Notes: generated by a model not told the origin, from the letters alone. Counted from the stretch's first letter, positions 53,508 to 61,558 are shown. The stretch: 64,000 nt of DNA from Acidimicrobiales bacterium (GCA_035265325.1 DATFOS010000177.1:14581-78580), one strand, 5' to 3'. Numbers and translations: made by a program.

Positions 53508-53545
53508 CGCGTCGGTCGAACTCTGCCGCCTCGACGACCAACCGG

Positions 53546-53920
53546 TCAGCTGAGGTCGTCGACCACGTCGGCGACGGTGTCGAGCCAGTTGTGGAGTTCG
53601 GTGGCGGTGGGGGCCAGGTCGTAGGCGTGGTGGTGGCAGGCGGTGGAGAGGGCCGCCCAGGCCTCGAAGGCCGCGGTCGCCACCTCGGTCGGGACGTAGC
53701 TGCGCAGGCACAGGAGCTGCGTGGTGAACGAGCCGGTGACGGCCTCGGGGACCTCGCGTTCCCAGAACCCGGCGATCGCCGCCTCCAGCGCCTGGCGGGC
53801 GAGGAGCGCCGTGCTGCGCGCCCACGCCGACCCGGGCAGGGCGTCCGGGCGGTCGAGGACCGTCCGGGCCGCGGCCACCAGGTCGGCCGGGGTCTCCAGC
53901 CCGGCCGCTGCGGCCGTCAC
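53546..53920 (-). CDS. 124-aa all-helical protein, stand-alone paralogue of the C-terminal domain of the upstream ABC ATPase (tentatively HEPN-like)
   Basis: The GTG at 53920 overlaps the ATPase stop (GTGA at 53917-53920). VTAAAAGLETPADLVAAARTVLDRPDALPGSAWARSTALLARQALEAAIAGFWEREVPEAVTGSFTTQLLCLRSYVPTEVATAAFEAWAALSTACHHHAYDLAPTATELHNWLDTVADVVDDLS. Normal composition. By hand alignment it resembles aa ~750-850 of the ATPase. Confidence 0.6.
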   Translation of the reverse strand: MTAAAAGLETPADLVAAARTVLDRPDALPGSAWARSTALLARQALEAAIAGFWEREVPEAVTGSFTTQLLCLRSYVPTEVATAAFEAWAALSTACHHHAYDLAPTATELHNWLDTVADVVDDLS

Positions 53921-56481
53921 CGGGACCCCAGGGCGGTGACGAGGGCGCTGGTGTCCGCCACGAGGTCGAGGGGGTCGCCGGGGCAGACGCCGTGGGCGCC
54001 CTGCTGCAGCTTCTTGAACGTGTCGCCGTGGACGCGATCGACCTCGTTGAGCGCCCGCATGACCTTGTCGGCCTCGTCGGCGGTGCCGAACAGCGCCAGC
54101 GCCGCCTTCGTGGTGAGGCGCTGCGCCGACGCCAGCGTCTCCTCGACCTCGTCGTGCCGGGCGCCGGCGTCGAGCAGGGCGCGCTGGGCCATCGAGGTCA
54201 ACGTGGCCTCCAATGCCAGGCGGCACAGGCCGGGGACGACCCGCCGGCGCACCTCGAGCGGCGTCCGCAGGCTCTTGGCCACGACCCGGGCGTCCCGGAG
54301 CGCCTGGGCGGCGGGGTCCGCGGCCGGGACGACCTCGACGACCGAGTCGCGCCGGCGCTGGACCTGGACGACCCGCGCCGCGATCCCGAGGCGACGGACG
54401 GCGGCGGGCAGCCGGTCGTCGTGGGTGAACACCACGACCTGGCGCGCCCGGGCCGCGCGGTCGAGCGCACGGGCGAGCCCGTCGACCTTGGCCGGGTCCA
54501 TGGCCTGGACCGGGTCGTCGATGACCACGAACCGGAACGGGCTCTCGGGCAGCATCGCCCGGGGCAGGAAGATGCTGAGGGCCAGGGCGTTCACCTCGCC
54601 CTGGCTCATGACGCCGAGGGCGTTGCCGTCGCTGCCGTCGACCTGGGCCGCCAGCTCGACCCGGCGCTGCGTGGCGCTGCCGGTGAGCCGCATGACGCCG
54701 AGCGAGACGTTGCTCTCGTGGCGGAGCAGGTGCCAGACCTCCTGCGCCTGCTCGGCGATCGGGCGGAGCCGGTCGTTGCGGATGTCGTCGTGGGCGGCCC
54801 GGAGCCAGGTGGCCGCCGCCTTGAGGTCCTTGACCAGCGGCTTGTCGGCCTCGACCGCCCGTGCCCGCACCACCCACGCCGCCACCTGCGCGGCCACCGG
54901 GGCCCAGCGGTCGTCGCGGGCGGCGAGCGCCTCGGCCGCCGCCTTGTGGACCGGGCCGACGAGCGCCGCCAGCCCGGCACCCGAGACCACGTGGTCCGCG
55001 AGCCGGCGCAGGTCGGCGGCCACCGCCCGGTCGGTGGCGGGCGGGCTGGCCCACGCCGCCCACGCCTCGACCAGCTCGCCCGTGGCGAGATCGTCGCCGG
55101 GCACGGCCGCCGAGCCGGCGAGCGCCTCGCGGGCCGGCGAGGCGGGGCGGGAGGCGGCGATGAGGGCCGCCGGGACCGGGCGGAGGGCGCCGATCGCGTC
55201 GGCCCGGGCGGCCCCGGCCTCCTTGTGGGCGCGGTCGGCCTCGTCGGACTCGGCCCGCAGCCGGCCGACCTCGCCGGCCGCCTGACCCTCCCACGCCGCG
55301 TCGAGGGCGCCGGACCGGCCGCACACCGGGCAGTCGGCCTCGTCGGGGTGGGCGGCGTGGTGGTCGAGCGCCCGGTCGAGCAGGTCGGCGAGCGCCCGGG
55401 CGCGGGCGGCGGACGTCCCGGCCACGGCGTCGAGCCCGGCGGCCGCGGCCCGCAACCGCTCGGCCGCGGCGACGAGGACGGGGACCGGCGGGGCGTCCAG
55501 CGCCGCCAGCTGGCGGAGGGTATCGAGCGACCCGCCCGGCGCCGGACCGGTCGCGCCCGTGACTACCTGCTCGACGGCGTCGAGGTCGGGCTGCCGGGTG
55601 GACAGGGCCCGGGCCACGGCGGCCGCCCGCTCCTCACCGGCGTCGCGGTCGAGGGCGCCGAGTGCGGCGGCCAGGCGCTTGCGCTCGGCGTCGACGTCCT
55701 TCGCCTCGGCCTCGCGGGACCGGCGCTCGCGGCCCAGCCGGTCCTGCGCCCCGACCAGCTCGTCCAGCCCGAGCACGGAGGCCAGCCGGTCGTACAGCCT
55801 GGTCGGGCTCGTACTGAGCACCGCGGCCAGCTCGGAGTGGGCCAGGAACGGCCGGTGGCTCACCAGGGCGTCGGCCCACCCGAGCCGGTCGAGGCCGGGG
55901 GCCCGCCGCTCCCCCGCGACCTGGACCGACACCTCGCCGTCCGCCAGGCCGGCGTCGTCGTCCCACCGGCGCTCGACGGTGGTGGTGCCGGCCGCGCCGG
56001 CCACGTGGAAGTCGGCGGCGACCCGGGCGCCGGTCGGGCGGTGGAGGTTGCGCCAGCCGTCCCGGAACACGGTCTGCTTCTCGAACCGGTCGGTCGTGCC
56101 CGTGAGCAGGACCTCGAGCGCGTCGGCGAAGCTCGACTTACCGGACCCGTTGCGCCCGACGACCACGGTGAGCCCGGCACCCGGCTCGAGCTCGAGCGTC
56201 GCCTCCGGGCCCACGCCCCGGAACCCGGCCACCGTGATCGACCGCAGGTAGGCACCCACCGGCGCCCCCGCGCCGGGCGCCCCGGGCGAGCCGGGCACTC
56301 CCGACGACCCGTCGGCGCGGTCGCCGGCCGCCGCGGCCGGGGCGGCGCGCCCGCCGGCCAGAGCCGCCGCCAGGGCGTCGTCGCCCCGGCAGGCCGCGAG
56401 GACCAGGTCGCGTGCCGCCTCGGCGAGTGTGCCGTCGCCGTCCACCCGACCGAGGACGACGTCCACCAAGGCATCATCCAT
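53917..56481 (-). CDS. SMC/Rad50/RloC-like ABC ATPase with long coiled-coil insert, CPVC hook-like motif and helical C-terminal domain (854 aa)
   Basis: Walker A GRNGSGKS (aa 109-116). A ~450-aa Ala/Arg/Glu/Leu-rich insert with CPVC at aa 384-387 (nt 55321-55332). Signature-like MSQGEVNAL (625-633), Walker B FVVIDDP (651-657), FTHD (685-688). C-terminal ~140 aa are helical, with CRLALE and RALNEVDRVHGDTFKKLQQGAHG. Confidence 0.85.
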   Translation of the reverse strand: MDDALVDVVLGRVDGDGTLAEAARDLVLAACRGDDALAAALAGGRAAPAAAAGDRADGSSGVPGSPGAPGAGAPVGAYLRSITVAGFRGVGPEATLELEPGAGLTVVVGRNGSGKSSFADALEVLLTGTTDRFEKQTVFRDGWRNLHRPTGARVAADFHVAGAAGTTTVERRWDDDAGLADGEVSVQVAGERRAPGLDRLGWADALVSHRPFLAHSELAAVLSTSPTRLYDRLASVLGLDELVGAQDRLGRERRSREAEAKDVDAERKRLAAALGALDRDAGEERAAAVARALSTRQPDLDAVEQVVTGATGPAPGGSLDTLRQLAALDAPPVPVLVAAAERLRAAAAGLDAVAGTSAARARALADLLDRALDHHAAHPDEADCPVCGRSGALDAAWEGQAAGEVGRLRAESDEADRAHKEAGAARADAIGALRPVPAALIAASRPASPAREALAGSAAVPGDDLATGELVEAWAAWASPPATDRAVAADLRRLADHVVSGAGLAALVGPVHKAAAEALAARDDRWAPVAAQVAAWVVRARAVEADKPLVKDLKAAATWLRAAHDDIRNDRLRPIAEQAQEVWHLLRHESNVSLGVMRLTGSATQRRVELAAQVDGSDGNALGVMSQGEVNALALSIFLPRAMLPESPFRFVVIDDPVQAMDPAKVDGLARALDRAARARQVVVFTHDDRLPAAVRRLGIAARVVQVQRRRDSVVEVVPAADPAAQALRDARVVAKSLRTPLEVRRRVVPGLCRLALEATLTSMAQRALLDAGARHDEVEETLASAQRLTTKAALALFGTADEADKVMRALNEVDRVHGDTFKKLQQGAHGVCPGDPLDLVADTSALVTALGSR

Positions 56482-56538
56482 GCCGGACGATCGTAGGCCC
56501 GCCCTGTGACACCCTCGGCACGAGGGGTCGGGCCACGC

Positions 56539-57117
56539 CTATCCGGCCGCCGAACGCAGGCGGTCCAGCTGCGCCGACGACCCGAGGGCGATGAGCACGT
56601 CCCCCGGCGCGAGGATCGTCGCCGCCGGCGGGTTGACGTCGTAGGTGCCGTCGGCCCGCTTCATGGCGATGACGGCGGCCGTCGCCCCGCCGCCGTCGGC
56701 ACCGGTGACGGTCCGGAGCGACGCGCCGTCCGCCCCCGAGCCCGCCGCCACCAGGACCTCCTGGATGTCCACGTCGTGCTCCTCGGCGTGGATCACCTCG
56801 TCGAGGAACTCGGCCACGTGCGGGCGGAAGGCGATCGCCGCCATGCGGGCGCCGCCGATCTCGTAGGGGTTGACCACGTGGTCGGCTCCGGCGAGGCGGA
56901 ACTTGCGCTCGTTGCGCTGGTCGGCGACCCGGCAGACGATGACCAAGTCGGGGCGGAGGGACCGGGCCGTCAGCGCCAGCGCCAGGTTGTCGCTGTCGGT
57001 GGCGAGGGCGGCCACGAGGCTGCTCGCCCGGTGGATCCCGGCCGCCTCGAGCACCTGGCGCCTGCGCCGCCGCACCTCCACGAGGAACGGGGTTTTAGCA
57101 GCCTCGGGTGGGCCCAC
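56539..57117 (-). CDS. RCK/TrkA-family fragment: C-terminal half of TrkA-N plus TrkA-C; N-terminally truncated relative to the family (possible pseudogene remnant)
   Basis: 192 aa starting ...FLVEVRRRRRQVLEAAGIHRASSLVAALATDSDNLALALTARSLRPDLVIVCRVADQRNERKFRLAGADHVVNPYEIGG (the distal half of a TrkA-N Rossmann), then TrkA-C (IQEVLVAAGSGADGASL...ILAPGDVLIALG). No GxGxxG and no channel/TM part. The frame is closed by TAG 12 codons upstream of the GTG. Confidence 0.65.
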   Translation of the reverse strand: MGPPEAAKTPFLVEVRRRRRQVLEAAGIHRASSLVAALATDSDNLALALTARSLRPDLVIVCRVADQRNERKFRLAGADHVVNPYEIGGARMAAIAFRPHVAEFLDEVIHAEEHDVDIQEVLVAAGSGADGASLRTVTGADGGGATAAVIAMKRADGTYDVNPPAATILAPGDVLIALGSSAQLDRLRSAAG

Positions 57118-57165
57118 GGCCGTGGCGGCCGCACCGCCGCAGGGACGTCGCTACATTCCCGGCCG

Positions 57166-57594
57166 ATGACCGTCCTCAACGACGCCGCCCGCGCCCTGCT
57201 CGAGTCGCCGACCATCGTCCACCTCACCACGCTCGACCCCGACGGCGCCCCGCAGGTCAGCGCCGTGTGGGTCGGCCTCGACGGCGACGACATCGTGAGC
57301 GGTCACATGCGGCGGACGAAGAAGGTCCGCAACGTCGCCCGCGACTCCCGGGTGGCGCTGTCGCTGCAAACCGACGTGGTCAACGCCTACGGCCTGCAGG
57401 AGTACATGGTCGTCCGCGGCACCGCCCGGGTCGAGGAGGGCGGGGCCGCCGCCCTGCTGCAGCGGCTGGCCCACGTCTACATCGGCCCGGACGTGACGTT
57501 CCCGCCGCCGGGCGTCGAGGGGCCCGGTTACGTCATCCGGACGACGCCGGAGAGGGTGACGGGCGTCGGGCCCTGGGTCGGCCCGGACCGGTAG
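57166..57594 (+). CDS. PPOX-class (pyridoxamine 5'-phosphate oxidase fold) probable F420-dependent enzyme
   Basis: ATG at 57166. 142 aa: ARALLESPTIVHLTTLDPDGAPQVSAVWVGLDGDDIVSGHMRRTKKVRNVARDSRVALSL, the typical PPOX class F420 pattern. Confidence 0.85.
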   Translation: MTVLNDAARALLESPTIVHLTTLDPDGAPQVSAVWVGLDGDDIVSGHMRRTKKVRNVARDSRVALSLQTDVVNAYGLQEYMVVRGTARVEEGGAAALLQRLAHVYIGPDVTFPPPGVEGPGYVIRTTPERVTGVGPWVGPDR

Positions 57595-57603
57595 GTTCCC
57601 GGC

Positions 57604-58020
57604 ATGGCCGGCGACTACGCGGACGTCCCCGAGGACGTGGTCGCCCGCGTGCGGGCGCTGTGCCTGCGCCTGCCCGACGCCTACGAGGAGAAGGCGTGGG
57701 CCGGCGTGCGGTGGATGGTCCGCAAGCGCACGTTCGCCCACGTGCTCGGCGTGGAGGACGGGAACCCGAGGGCGTACGCCCGGGCGGCGGGGTCGGCCGG
57801 GCCGGTCCTCGTCGTCACGTTCCGCGTCCAAGGCCCCGAGCTGGAGGCCCTCCGCCACGTCGGCCACCCCTTCTTCGTCGCCCGCTGGGGCCGCGACGTC
57901 GTCGGCATGGTCATCGACGACGGAACCGACTGGGACGACCTCGGCGACCTGGTCACCGAGAGCTACTGCGTCATGGCCCCGCAGAAGCTCGTGGCCCTCG
58001 TCGACCGCCCGGAGCCCTGA
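57604..58020 (+). CDS. MmcQ/YjbR family DNA-binding protein
   Basis: 138 aa. LCLRLPDAYEEKAWAGVRWMVRKRTFAHV...VTFRV...FFVARWGRDVVGMVI, the YjbR-family pattern. Confidence 0.85.
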   Translation: MAGDYADVPEDVVARVRALCLRLPDAYEEKAWAGVRWMVRKRTFAHVLGVEDGNPRAYARAAGSAGPVLVVTFRVQGPELEALRHVGHPFFVARWGRDVVGMVIDDGTDWDDLGDLVTESYCVMAPQKLVALVDRPEP

Positions 58021-58023
58021 CCG

Positions 58024-58710
58024 TCAGGGCCCGGCGGGGCGGAGGAGGACCTCGGCCCCGAGGGGGACGAAGCCCGCCCGCAGGAAGCAGCGCAGCGAGC
58101 GGGCGTTGCCGGGCGACACACAGGCGAACACCGGCGCCCCCGCCGGCACGAGGTCCAGGGCGTCGCGCAGGAGCGAGAGGCCGGCGCCGCGGCCCGGAGC
58201 GACGCCGGCGTGCAGCTGGATGGACACCTCCCGCCGGCCGCCGAGGCCGGTGCCGAGGGCCACGACCCCGCGCTCGTCGCCGTGGGCGCGGACGTCCAGC
58301 CGGAGGTCCCGGGCCACGTCGAGGCGGGGGTGGCGAACGTCGTCGCCGAGCTCCGGCAACCGGGGCGCGCTGCCGTCCCCGTCGCCGCCCGTGCCCGCAC
58401 CCGTGCCGTGGCCCAGCAGGAGGACGTCGTGGGCGTCGATCCACCCGCCGGGCCCGGCCAGCCACCGCAGGACGTCCGGGGCGACGGCGCCGCCGTAGGC
58501 GTCGATCGCCCGCCCGGCCACCGTGGCGGCGGACCGCGCCGTGACGACGACGGCGTGGGCCGTGAACTCCAGCACCGCCTCCAGGCCGGGGTAGGCCGGG
58601 TCCGGCGGCACGACCTCGACGCACCCGTCGGCCTCGGGCACGACCCCGTCCGCCAGGCCGACGAACAGCTCCCCCAGCCGCTCGCCGCCCCGCTCCTCGA
58701 CCTTCACCAC
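58024..58710 (-). CDS. GNAT-family N-acetyltransferase-like protein
   Basis: GTG at 58710, 7 nt after the PaaX stop. The C-terminal half has VAPGRGAGLSLLRDAL (motif A-like) and SPGNARSLRCFLRAGFVPLG (GNAT motif B pattern). Confidence 0.7.
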   Translation of the reverse strand: MVKVEERGGERLGELFVGLADGVVPEADGCVEVVPPDPAYPGLEAVLEFTAHAVVVTARSAATVAGRAIDAYGGAVAPDVLRWLAGPGGWIDAHDVLLLGHGTGAGTGGDGDGSAPRLPELGDDVRHPRLDVARDLRLDVRAHGDERGVVALGTGLGGRREVSIQLHAGVAPGRGAGLSLLRDALDLVPAGAPVFACVSPGNARSLRCFLRAGFVPLGAEVLLRPAGP

Positions 58711-58717
58711 GGGCCGC

Positions 58718-59509
58718 TCATTCCTCGGCGAGCAGCCAGGCGGTGAAGCGCTGCTTGTAGGCGCGGTCGTGGGCCGCGTAGCAGCGGCGGAGGAGGTCGC
58801 CCGGCCAGTGGGGTGGGAGCAGTTCGTCGGGCAGCAGCGGGTCGGCCTGCAGGTGGCGGACCACGGCGACCGACAGCGTGAAGCCCGCCGCCAGCGTGGC
58901 CGGGTCGACCTGCTCGGCCGGCGGCCCGTCGTCCATCGCCGCGACCAGGTCCCTCGCCCGCCTGGACCAGCCGACCAGGTCGAAGACGCGGGCGGCCAGG
59001 CCCTCGGGGGCCGTGGCGCCGGTGAAGTGCAGGCACTGGGCGTCGAGGACGTCCCGGTGGGCGGGAAGGCGGTCGGGGGCCAGGTTCGCCGGCCGCGCCC
59101 ACGTGCCCTCGCGCACCTCACCCAGGTGGAGGGCGACGGCGGCGGCGCGCAGGGCGAGGCGCTCGGCGGCGGGACGGCGCTCGGCGGCCACGACGGCCAG
59201 CTCCCAGGTGCCGTCCCAGGCCTGGCGGACCGCGGCCTGGCTGTCGTCGACCCGGTCCCTCCGCTCGAGGAGGCGCCCGGCGAGCCGGTACCAGCCGTCC
59301 TGCGCTGCGACCTCGCCGTCGGCGGCCATGCGCCAGAGGGCGGTCCGCATGGCGCCCTCGGCGATGCCGAACAGCGCCCCGGCCCGGACCAGGTGCGACG
59401 CCCGCACCTCGGCCACCTCGGCGCCCAGCAGCGACGTGGCGATCACCGACCGGGCGGACAGCGGCCGCGGCCCCTCGGGGGCGTCGGGCATCTCGGACAT
59501 CGCGCTCAT
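58718..59509 (-). CDS. PaaX family transcriptional regulator
   Basis: RPLSARSVIATSLLGAEVAEVRASHLVRAGALFGIAEGAMRTALWRMAADGEV (PaaX N-terminal wHTH) and the C-terminal PaaX_C-like WDGTWELAVV...LGEVREGTWARP. The start is ATG 59509, 59500 or 59491. Confidence 0.8.
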   Translation of the reverse strand: MSAMSEMPDAPEGPRPLSARSVIATSLLGAEVAEVRASHLVRAGALFGIAEGAMRTALWRMAADGEVAAQDGWYRLAGRLLERRDRVDDSQAAVRQAWDGTWELAVVAAERRPAAERLALRAAAVALHLGEVREGTWARPANLAPDRLPAHRDVLDAQCLHFTGATAPEGLAARVFDLVGWSRRARDLVAAMDDGPPAEQVDPATLAAGFTLSVAVVRHLQADPLLPDELLPPHWPGDLLRRCYAAHDRAYKQRFTAWLLAEE

Positions 59510-59701
59510 CGTCGCGCGGACTTCGCCGTCGACCGCTCGATCCAGCGGGGGCTTTCCGGTGGCGCGAACGAGTACCTGGAGTGCGCCCTGTTCGAGGGCG
59601 CCATCGCTTACTTCCACCGGACGCTGGACGCAGCGCTCGACGCCGGGCCGCAGCCGTCGCCGTGACGGCCCCGACCGGGACGCGGGCGGGTCCCCTTGTG
59701 T

Positions 59702-59718
59702 TTAGTTAGTGCAACTAA
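59702..59718. promoter_or_regulatory. inverted repeat TTAGTT-agtgc-AACTAA in an AT-rich patch upstream of the MarR-MFS operon; candidate MarR operator/promoter
   Basis: Read directly from the sequence (TGTGTTTAGTTAGTGCAACTAATACGTTGACC). This is the most AT-rich 30 nt in this part of the window. Confidence 0.45.
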
Positions 59719-59746
59719 TACGTTGACCCGCGTGCCGAGCCCGCTG

Positions 59747-60244
59747 ATGCACGAGAGCGCCACCGACACCGACGTCGCCGTCCGGCTGCGCGCGGCCACG
59801 GCCCGGCTGGCCCGGCGGCTGCGGCGCGAGACTCGCGCCCAGGCCACGCAGTCGCAGCTCTCCGCCCTCGGCGCGATCGACCGGCTCGGGCCGGTGACCC
59901 TCGGGGAACTGGCGGCCTTCGAGCAGGTCACGCCGCCGACGATGACCCGGCTGGTGCAGGGCATGGAGGCGGCCGGGTGGGTCGCCCGGGCCGCCGACCC
60001 GGCCGACCGGCGGGTGGCCCGCATCTCGCTCGCCCCGGCCGGCGTGGCGATGATCGGGGAGGTCCGCAGCGGCCGCGACGCCTGGATCGCCCGCCGCCTC
60101 GCCCAGCTCTCGCCCGATGACCAGGCGGCCGTCCCCCGGCTGGTCGCCCTGCTCGAGCGCCTGGCGGACTGCGACCAGGGCGCGATCCCGACCGCGACCC
60201 CGGGTGGGTCGCACGGCGGGGCGCACGAGGAGAAACGCCCGTGA
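59747..60244 (+). CDS. MarR family transcriptional regulator
   Basis: ATG 59747 (alternative GTG 59732). LSALGAIDRLGPVTLGELAAFEQVTPPTMTRLVQGMEAAGWVARAADPADRRVARISLAPAG. The stop overlaps the MFS start (GTGA). Confidence 0.85.
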   Translation: MHESATDTDVAVRLRAATARLARRLRRETRAQATQSQLSALGAIDRLGPVTLGELAAFEQVTPPTMTRLVQGMEAAGWVARAADPADRRVARISLAPAGVAMIGEVRSGRDAWIARRLAQLSPDDQAAVPRLVALLERLADCDQGAIPTATPGGSHGGAHEEKRP

Positions 60245-61512
60245 GCCGGGCCGACCGCTTCGCCGCCTCCCCCACACTCCGCTCGCTGGCCACCCGCAAC
60301 TTCCGCCTGTTCTTCGTCGGCCAGCTCGTCTCCCAGGCGGGCACCTGGATGCAGGCCGTCGCCCTCACGTGGGCCGCGCTCGACCTGGGCGGCGGGGGCC
60401 TGACGCTGGGGGCGGTCACGGCCCTCCAGTTCGGGCCGGGCCTCCTGCTCAGCCCCTACGGCGGCCTGCTCATCGACCGGTTCGACACCCGCCGCCTGAT
60501 GATCGGCAGCCAGCTCGCCTTCGTGGCCGTGGCCGTGGCGCTGACCGCGGCCAGCTTCTCCGGCGTCCTCGGGATGCCGGCGCTCTACGCCCTCGCGTTG
60601 GCGTTCGGCATCGTCAACGCGCTCGACAGCCCGCTGCGCCGGGTGATCGTCAGCGAACTGGTCCCGCCCGGCGACGTGGTCAACGCGATCGGGCTCAACA
60701 CCACGCTGATGACGGCGTCCCGGGTGTTCGGCCCGGCGCTGGCCGGCGGCCTCATCGCCGTGGGCGGCGTCGGCTGGTGCTTCCTGGTCAACGCCCTCAG
60801 CTACCCGGCGGTCCTGGCCGGCCTGCTGCTCATGCGGACGGGCGAGCTGTGGCCGGCGCCCCGGGCCGCGCGCGAGCCCCGGCAGCTGCGGACGGGACTG
60901 CGCTACCTGGCGGCGTCGCCCGGGCTGCGGGCGCCCCTGGCGGTCATGACGATCGTGGCCGTCTTCGGCTACCAGATGGAGGTCACGCTGCCACTGCTGG
61001 CGGAGGACACGTTCGGCGCCGGCGCCTCCGGCTTCACGCTCCTGTACGCCGCCATGAGCGCCGGGGCGGCGGCCGGCGGGCTGGTCCTGGCCCGGCGCAA
61101 CGCCAGCAGCCTCCGGATGGTGGTGGCCGGCGCCTGGCTGTTCGCCGCCGCGCTCCTCGCCCTGGCGGCGGCGCCCCACCTGCTCGTCGCCGTCCTGGTG
61201 GCGGTCCCGGCCGGGCTCGGGTCGATCACGGTGCTGTCGGGGGCGGCGACGGTCGTCCAGGTCCACGCCGACCCGCAGCGCCGGGGCCTGACCGTCGCCA
61301 TCGTCTCGATGATCTTCCTCGGGAGCCGGCCCGTGGGCGGCCCGGTGGCCGGTGCCATCGCCGACCACTGGGGGCCGCGCGCCGCGCTCGCCGTCGCGGG
61401 TGTCCTCTGCGGGGTCGCGGCGGTGCTCGGGCTCGTCATGGAGCGCCATCGGGCGGCGCGGCCGGCGTCCACCCCGGCGTCTCCTGAGGAACCCGCCGCC
61501 GCGGCGGCGTGA
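60241..61512 (+). CDS. MFS transporter (MFS_3 / enterobactin-exporter-like subfamily)
   Basis: 423 aa. LRSLATRNFRLFFVGQLVSQAGTWMQAVAL, GGLLIDRFDTRRLM (motif A), 12 predicted TM. Confidence 0.9.
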   Translation: MSRADRFAASPTLRSLATRNFRLFFVGQLVSQAGTWMQAVALTWAALDLGGGGLTLGAVTALQFGPGLLLSPYGGLLIDRFDTRRLMIGSQLAFVAVAVALTAASFSGVLGMPALYALALAFGIVNALDSPLRRVIVSELVPPGDVVNAIGLNTTLMTASRVFGPALAGGLIAVGGVGWCFLVNALSYPAVLAGLLLMRTGELWPAPRAAREPRQLRTGLRYLAASPGLRAPLAVMTIVAVFGYQMEVTLPLLAEDTFGAGASGFTLLYAAMSAGAAAGGLVLARRNASSLRMVVAGAWLFAAALLALAAAPHLLVAVLVAVPAGLGSITVLSGAATVVQVHADPQRRGLTVAIVSMIFLGSRPVGGPVAGAIADHWGPRAALAVAGVLCGVAAVLGLVMERHRAARPASTPASPEEPAAAAA

Positions 61513-61558
61513 GCCCGGCCGCGACCGGGACGCCGGGCCGGGCCCCGAGGGCGGCGAG

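Noticed and set aside
53917-56481. Calling the 854-aa ATPase RecN, SbcC or chromosomal SMC
   Set aside because: It has no partner SbcD nuclease or ScpAB. Its size and N-terminal extension differ from RecN. It has an extra C-terminal helical domain plus a coupled paralogous small ORF. A housekeeping assignment is therefore not supported by context, though only a profile search can exclude it.
56506-57165. N-terminal 220 aa of the 362-aa plus ORF ending in the PPOX gene
   Set aside because: It is antisense to the TrkA-fragment gene and low complexity. The PPOX family sequence starts at ATG 57166.
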